64,000 nt of DNA, taken from Desulfobacterales bacterium. Lineage in GTDB: Bacteria; Desulfobacterota; Desulfobacteria; Desulfobacterales; SURF-7. The stretch covers positions 115,849 to 179,848 of the forward strand of contig JANQFQ010000051.1 of assembly GCA_028277765.1 (NCBI GenBank), written 5' to 3'. Shown here one piece after another: positions 58,625 to 64,000 of this stretch. Every line of letters starts with the position of its first letter. Position 1 is the stretch's first letter. The notes beneath the pieces were generated by a model, which was given only the letters and a program-made list of their open reading frames with translations, ran no database searches and had not been told where the DNA came from. The position numbers and the translations under genes are program-made.

Positions 58625-59758
58625 ATGGACTCAAACATGACTGTTGAAGAACGTTTTTGCATCTTGGCCGTTGATGATAACCCTTTAAACTTGAAGCTTA
58701 TCCAGACTGCCCTGTCAAAAGAAGGCTACAGGATAATAACCGCAAGTAATGGGCCTGATGCTAGAGAAATTGCTGCTGATGAAATTCCGGATCTAATACT
58801 GCTTGACATAAGAATGCCCGGGGAAGACGGTTTTGATGTTATTAAACAGTTGAAAAATGATTCCATAACCAATTCAATCCCGGTGATTTTTTTGTCTGGT
58901 GTCAGTGAAATTGACGCTAAGCTTACGGGGTTCGAACTGGGCGCTGTTGATTATATCATCAAACCTTTTCACCCACTGGAAGTTCTGGCAAGAGTTCAGC
59001 TGCATTTAAAACTTTCAATAGCGACAAATTCACTGATTTCAACCCAGGCAAATAAACTAAAGCAGATTACCAAAGTGCACACTTCAATGCTCACAACGCC
59101 TGAAATGCAGCCGGACGCCCATTTTGGTGTTTATTACTTGAGCCTGCAGGAGGCTGGGGGGGATTTTTATGATGTACTCCCTATTTCAAAAGATATCTAC
59201 GGTTACTTTGTGGCAGACCTCTCCGGTCACGACATCAGCACAGGCTTCCTGACCTCTTCACTTAAAGCGCTGCTCAGACAGAACTGTTCCCCGATATATC
59301 AACCACTGGAAAGCATAAAAATGATTAATGATGTGCTGGTGGAAATATTGCCCGAGGATAAATATCTTACAGTATGCTATTCCAGGCTTAACCGGAAAAC
59401 AAACCAGATGACAATTATTAACGCCGGACATCCTCCGGTCGCTTATGTCCCAGTAAAAGGAGATCCCAGGCTTATAGAAATGGATGGAGATATCATCGGC
59501 ATTTTCAAAGAGGTTCTTTTTGGTCAATATACACTTAAAGTTTCTCCGGGCGACCGCTTTTATATTTACTCAGATGGGCTTATTGAATCCCCAAAAGAAC
59601 GGCTGCTGTGGACTGCAGGAAAAGACAAAATACTCCCGGCCTGTGAGGAATTCAGGGATGTGCCCGTAACTGATGCACCTGAGAAAATTAAAACTTGTAT
59701 CTGTAATGGTAATGAAGAGCTCCAAGACGACATTGTTGTGCTGGGAATCCAAGTATAA
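58625..59758 (+). CDS. Response regulator receiver fused to PP2C/SpoIIE-type phosphatase (RsbU-like)
   Basis: ILAVDDNPLN..LLDIRMP receiver; C-terminal GDFYDV..SGHD..DGL PP2C motifs. Confidence 0.8.
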   Translation: MDSNMTVEERFCILAVDDNPLNLKLIQTALSKEGYRIITASNGPDAREIAADEIPDLILLDIRMPGEDGFDVIKQLKNDSITNSIPVIFLSGVSEIDAKLTGFELGAVDYIIKPFHPLEVLARVQLHLKLSIATNSLISTQANKLKQITKVHTSMLTTPEMQPDAHFGVYYLSLQEAGGDFYDVLPISKDIYGYFVADLSGHDISTGFLTSSLKALLRQNCSPIYQPLESIKMINDVLVEILPEDKYLTVCYSRLNRKTNQMTIINAGHPPVAYVPVKGDPRLIEMDGDIIGIFKEVLFGQYTLKVSPGDRFYIYSDGLIESPKERLLWTAGKDKILPACEEFRDVPVTDAPEKIKTCICNGNEELQDDIVVLGIQV

Positions 59759-59796
59759 GTATTAATTTCAGACGGGCAAAAGGTAAAGGTTTTTAA

Positions 59797-60309
59797 ATGT
59801 CTGAAGACGGCAGATTTGACATCACAAGAGAAAACAGCCAAATGATCATATTTTTCAGTTCCACAATGAAAAATGTTGACAGGGCTATCGATGCCACAAG
59901 AATTTTCCTCAAGGATGTGGGGTTGGAATCCGAGACCTTTGATGTCTCCCTTGTTCTCAGGGAAGGGCTTACAAATGCCGTACGGCATGGAAACCAGCTG
60001 GTCCAGGACAAAATTGTCCAGTATTCCATACAGATGCACGACAACCGGCTAATCGCTGAGATTGAAGATGAAGGGGATGGATTTAGCTGGAAAACCGTCA
60101 AAGACGAACTGATGGATATTTTTCTGTCTGAAAGCGACATCTGGGAAATTGACGAGCACGAAGCAGGAACAGAATGGAGGCCTGAAAACAAGCTGAATTT
60201 CGGGCCAAAAAGTGAACACGGAAGAGGATTGATTATCATGGACCAGTATTTTAACGAATGTTTATATAATGACAAGGGGAACAGGCTTATTCTTATAAAG
60301 GAATTATAA
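59797..60309 (+). CDS. RsbW-like anti-sigma factor / serine kinase (HATPase_c)
   Basis: EGLTNAVRHG N-box and GRGL G-box; 170 aa directly downstream of the PP2C gene. Confidence 0.7.
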   Translation: MSEDGRFDITRENSQMIIFFSSTMKNVDRAIDATRIFLKDVGLESETFDVSLVLREGLTNAVRHGNQLVQDKIVQYSIQMHDNRLIAEIEDEGDGFSWKTVKDELMDIFLSESDIWEIDEHEAGTEWRPENKLNFGPKSEHGRGLIIMDQYFNECLYNDKGNRLILIKEL

Positions 60310-60390
60310 ACAATCTTTACTAAATTAAATAGACTCATCTTAACTACAATTCTTCAAAACACTTTCAGTATTTTTTTGTAGCAGCACCTT

Positions 60391-61161
60391 ATGGGATATG
60401 TTTTTACTTTTCAGGATGCCAAGGCATACGACACCTGGTTTAAAAAAAGCCGCAACAGGTTTGCTGCAAACCTTGAAACCAGTCTTATGCTTAACCTGAT
60501 CAATCCAAACCGCGGGGAAACTATTCTTGATATTGGTTGTGGTACAGGATTTTCTCTTATCCCTTTTCTTGACAAGGGACTACAGGTCACGGGCCTCGAT
60601 CCTTCACCCTACATGATAGATCTGGCTGAAAAAAAAGTAAAAAACAGGGTGGACTTTTACCGGGGTTTTGCAGAAGATCTCCCTTTTGACGACAATTCTT
60701 TTAATTATGCTTCATTTTTTACAACACTCGAATTTGTCGAAAACCCCAGAAAGGCGATTGAAGAGGCCTGTAGGGTGGCAAAAGACTTGGTGTTCATCGG
60801 TGTACTGAACAGGTTTGCGATAAAAGCAATTCAACGAAGAATTAAGGGGATGTCTGGAAAGACAATCTATAACAAGGCTCGATTTTTCAGTGTCTGGGAG
60901 ATAAAAAGTCTCCTTTGTTCCATACTGGGTGATGTACCCATATCGTGGAGAACCGTTATACAGATCCCTTCCTCTCCTAACAAATTTCTTAATACCCTGG
61001 AATATTCTCCCTTTGTACAAAGAAGTCCTTTTGGGGCTTTTGCAGGGATAACCGCGGCACCTGTTCCCCGGTTTACAACGGATCCGCTTTCCCTTAAATA
61101 TCAGACAAAACCAGCTACAAGTGCCTCTTCTGGTTTTTCCGGAGCAATAAGGAGACAGTAA
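60391..61161 (+). CDS. Class I SAM-dependent methyltransferase
   Basis: ILDIGCGTGF motif I. Confidence 0.7.
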   Translation: MGYVFTFQDAKAYDTWFKKSRNRFAANLETSLMLNLINPNRGETILDIGCGTGFSLIPFLDKGLQVTGLDPSPYMIDLAEKKVKNRVDFYRGFAEDLPFDDNSFNYASFFTTLEFVENPRKAIEEACRVAKDLVFIGVLNRFAIKAIQRRIKGMSGKTIYNKARFFSVWEIKSLLCSILGDVPISWRTVIQIPSSPNKFLNTLEYSPFVQRSPFGAFAGITAAPVPRFTTDPLSLKYQTKPATSASSGFSGAIRRQ

Positions 61162-61163
61162 TA

Positions 61164-62192
61164 ATGGAAGCCTTTCTTTACAAAAAGCTTGATGGGCTTC
61201 AAGTGCAGTGCCATCTATGCTGTCACAGGTGTGTGATTAATGATGGCAGACGTGGAAAATGCGGAGTTCGTGAAAACAGGTCAGGCGTTCTGGAAACTCT
61301 TGTTTATAACAGACTTATCGCAAGGCATGTTGATCCGATCGAAAAAAAACCGCTGTTCCATGTCTCTCCGGGGAGTCTTTCTTATTCTATTGCCGCGCTT
61401 GGGTGCAATTTCAAGTGTCTTTTCTGCCAGAACGCGGATATTGCCCAGGAACTGGTAAAAAGTATGCCAGTAGATATAAAAGGCTTGACCGCGGGGAATC
61501 TCTGCTCACCAAGAGAGGTCGTGGAAGCCGCGGTCAAGAACAACTGCCGCAGTATAGCATATACATATACTGAACCAACTGTTTACTTTGAGTTCGCGTT
61601 TGAAACAGCAACGCTGGCAAAAGAAAAAAGGCTTAAAAATGTTTTTGTAACAAACGGCTTTATGACCCCCGAAGCCCTTGAGATGGTGGCACCGGTTCTT
61701 GATGCAGCCAATGTGGACTTAAAAGCGTTTAATGAGCATTTTTACAAAGATATTTGCGGTGCTGACCTTGAACATGTAAAAAAAACATTGAAAAAGATGA
61801 AATCCCTTGGTGTTTTTATTGAAGTCACGACCCTGCTTATCCCCGGACTAAATGATGAAAAAAAAGAGCTTGAGAATCTCGCACTTTTTTTAGCGGAAGA
61901 CATCGGCACAGAGACACCATGGCATATTAGTCGATTCCACCCGACATATAAACTGACTGACCGACCTTCGACTCCGGTTGAGAGTCTTGAGACAGCCCGT
62001 GACATAGGCATTGATGCAGGGCTTAAATATGTTTACATAGGAAATGTTCCTGGTGACAGCGGCGAAAACACGATCTGTTACAGTTGTGGCAGAACCCTTA
62101 TTGAGCGATGGGGGTTTACGGTAAGGGAAAATCTTGTTAAAAAGGGGGCGTGTTCTTTCTGTGGAGCAGTTATTCACGGGATAGACATGTAA
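61164..62192 (+). CDS. AmmeMemoRadiSam-system radical SAM enzyme
   Basis: N-terminal C..C..C cluster plus CNFKCLFCQN radical-SAM CxxxCxxC, matching the AMMECR1/MEMO1-associated radical SAM family. Confidence 0.75.
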   Translation: MEAFLYKKLDGLQVQCHLCCHRCVINDGRRGKCGVRENRSGVLETLVYNRLIARHVDPIEKKPLFHVSPGSLSYSIAALGCNFKCLFCQNADIAQELVKSMPVDIKGLTAGNLCSPREVVEAAVKNNCRSIAYTYTEPTVYFEFAFETATLAKEKRLKNVFVTNGFMTPEALEMVAPVLDAANVDLKAFNEHFYKDICGADLEHVKKTLKKMKSLGVFIEVTTLLIPGLNDEKKELENLALFLAEDIGTETPWHISRFHPTYKLTDRPSTPVESLETARDIGIDAGLKYVYIGNVPGDSGENTICYSCGRTLIERWGFTVRENLVKKGACSFCGAVIHGIDM

Positions 62193-62355
62193 AAACAATC
62201 TATTACAAACAGTATTTGATATTTTTAAGAAAGTTACTATTTTTATAAAAATCTTGTTTAAAATTGTTTTCAGGTATTGACACCTTGCGGTAATCAGTAT
62301 TAATATAAATACTTACATAAACACAATGGATATTATGCCTTAAAAGGTGATTTAA

Positions 62356-62835
62356 ATGGCATTAAAAAAAGTATTTATAACCTCTAACAACTTAGCAACA
62401 TTTGTATGTCCTGAATGTCAGAATTCTAGAACCAGAAATGTCGCCCAGTATAAAGATATTGAAACAGCGGTAAAAGTAAAATGCAAGTGTCCTTGCGGGC
62501 ACACCTATAATGTCCTGCTTGAAAGACGAAAAGATTTAAGAAAATCGATGGATCTTCCTGGAACATATTCTAGCCAAACCCAAGAGGGTGTGCGCGGAAC
62601 CATGGTCGTGAAAAATCTGTCCCGGTCTGGGATGAATTTGGAGATGAATATGAAGATGGCCTTTCAGATTGGTGAAAGGCTCAATATAGAATTTAACCTG
62701 GATGACAGCCAAAGGTCGCTTATTAGAAAAGAAGTTATCATAAGAAGTATAAGGGGTACAAACATTGGGGTTGAATTCACCACAAAAGACCATTACGACC
62801 AGTTGGGACCCTACCTGCTATATTCCTTCAACTAA
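62356..62835 (+). CDS. PilZ-domain protein with N-terminal zinc ribbon
   Basis: CPECQ..CKCPCGH ribbon; RRKDLRK (RxxxR) and N.SRSG (D/NxSxxG) c-di-GMP motifs. Confidence 0.55.
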   Translation: MALKKVFITSNNLATFVCPECQNSRTRNVAQYKDIETAVKVKCKCPCGHTYNVLLERRKDLRKSMDLPGTYSSQTQEGVRGTMVVKNLSRSGMNLEMNMKMAFQIGERLNIEFNLDDSQRSLIRKEVIIRSIRGTNIGVEFTTKDHYDQLGPYLLYSFN

Positions 62836-62940
62836 AAAATGTTAAATTTGTTTGGTTAGTCTTATTCGTTTCATTGGTTTTTAAAATGATTTTAACCAAT
62901 CCAACAAATTAAACCAACTAAAACCAATTAAACAAATTAT

Positions 62941-64000
62941 CTATTTTTTATCCAACCTTATCTTCACCGAATTCGCATGCGCATCAAGCCCTTCGATTCT
63001 GGCAAGATTGATGACATCTGTTGCTTCTTTTTGCATGGCATCTTTAGAATAATGGATCAGGCTTGTCTTTTTAACAAAATGATCAACTGATAGGGCTGAG
63101 GCGAAACGTGCTGTGCCTGCAGTTGGTAGGACATGATTTGGCCCGGCAATATAATCACCCACCGGTTCAGGCGTATAGTTCCCCATAAACACAGCACCTG
63201 CATTTTTTATCTGTCCCACAAGCTCAAACGGATCTCTTACCTGAAGTTCAAGGTGTTCCGGGGCCAGCCTGTTGGCAAGGGATACAGCCGAGTTGATATC
63301 CGGCACAACAAGAATGCCGCCAAACGCCGCAAGGGATTTTCTTGCTATATCCTGCCGGTCCAGATCCTCAAGCTGTTTTGTCACTGCTTCAGCTACACCT
63401 GAAGCCAGTTTTTTTGAATCGGTAATAAGTATGGATGACGCCATAATATCGTGTTCAGCTTGGGAAAGCAGGTCAGCAGCGGCAAAATCCGGATCAGCGG
63501 AATCGTCAGCAATAATAAGTATTTCGCTCGGGCCAGCGATCATATCGATCCCAACTGTTCCAGTGACAATTTTTTTAGCAATGGTTACATATATATTTCC
63601 AGGGCCGGCGATTACATTTACTTTCGGTATTGTCTGAGTACCGTATGCCATCGCTGCAATAGCCCAGGCGCTTCCGGCTTTATAAACAGCGTCCACTCCT
63701 GCCTTTTTTGCGGCAGCAAGAAGGTGCGGGTTGATACTCCCATTTTTTCGCGGAGGGGTTGTCATTATAACCTGTTTTACGCCTGCTATCTTCGCAGGAA
63801 TGCCGCCCATGAGCACAGAAGATACCAGCGGTGTTTCCCCGCCTTTGGCGCCTGGAACATATATACCCGCGGAATCAACAGGATTGACCATCTGTCCTAA
63901 AAAAACACCGGGTCTCTCGGTATTGATCCAGGACCTGGTCATTTGCTGACGGTGAAACGCTTCGATCTGGGAGGCTGCCCTGTTCAAAGCCCGCTTAAAA
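62941..64000 (-). CDS. hisD: Histidinol dehydrogenase (N-terminus beyond window end)
   Basis: HisD blocks GPGNIYV, SQAEHD, HLEL; ORF runs to the window edge. Confidence 0.85.
   Translation of the reverse strand, partial: FKRALNRAASQIEAFHRQQMTRSWINTERPGVFLGQMVNPVDSAGIYVPGAKGGETPLVSSVLMGGIPAKIAGVKQVIMTTPPRKNGSINPHLLAAAKKAGVDAVYKAGSAWAIAAMAYGTQTIPKVNVIAGPGNIYVTIAKKIVTGTVGIDMIAGPSEILIIADDSADPDFAAADLLSQAEHDIMASSILITDSKKLASGVAEAVTKQLEDLDRQDIARKSLAAFGGILVVPDINSAVSLANRLAPEHLELQVRDPFELVGQIKNAGAVFMGNYTPEPVGDYIAGPNHVLPTAGTARFASALSVDHFVKKTSLIHYSKDAMQKEATDVINLARIEGLDAHANSVKIRLDKK

Noticed and set aside
1-64000. CRISPR arrays
   Set aside because: No run of 3 or more regularly spaced 24-40-bp direct repeats with unique spacers. 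The repeats present are dispersed hairpins or palindromes.

Overview
Window from a bacterium (delta-proteobacterium-like gene content, GC ~45%). By eye it contains: (i) housekeeping blocks (nrdR-ribD-ribE-ribBA-ribH-nusB, glyA, rpiB, fabG-acpP-fabF, rpmF, gltX, hisD partial); (ii) a surface glycan cluster with an HddA-like GHMP kinase and an HddC-GmhB fusion (GDP-heptose route), epimerase, two GT2 and a methyltransferase; (iii) a two-component pair, a caspase-like lipoprotein, an FmdB zinc-ribbon protein, HNH endonucleases and a vWA lipoprotein; (iv) a dense minus-strand array of 27 tRNA genes (17.4-22.0 kb) covering all 20 amino acids, interleaved with an HNH endonuclease and several repeat families, with some non-canonical tRNAs; (v) an RNA-repair locus, which is the most interesting part. 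That locus has rtcR (sigma54 activator, near-colinear with E. coli RtcR) divergent from a ~10-kb minus-strand operon. A perfect sigma54 -24/-12 promoter reads into a tRNA-like leader, then an SPFH/band-7 protein, rtcA, a small hypothetical, rtcB, a second tRNA-like element with a 41-nt insertion replacing the anticodon loop, three covarying hairpin modules, then a 620-aa protein, a HEAT-repeat protein and a DEDDh 3'-5' exonuclease. I read this as a Y-RNA/Rsr-like module without a recognisable TROVE (Ro60) protein, and I flag the three accessory proteins plus the tRNA-mimic RNAs as a candidate undescribed RNA repair/surveillance system. No CRISPR array was seen. tRNA coordinates and anticodons were derived by hand-folding and are approximate (+/- 2 nt).
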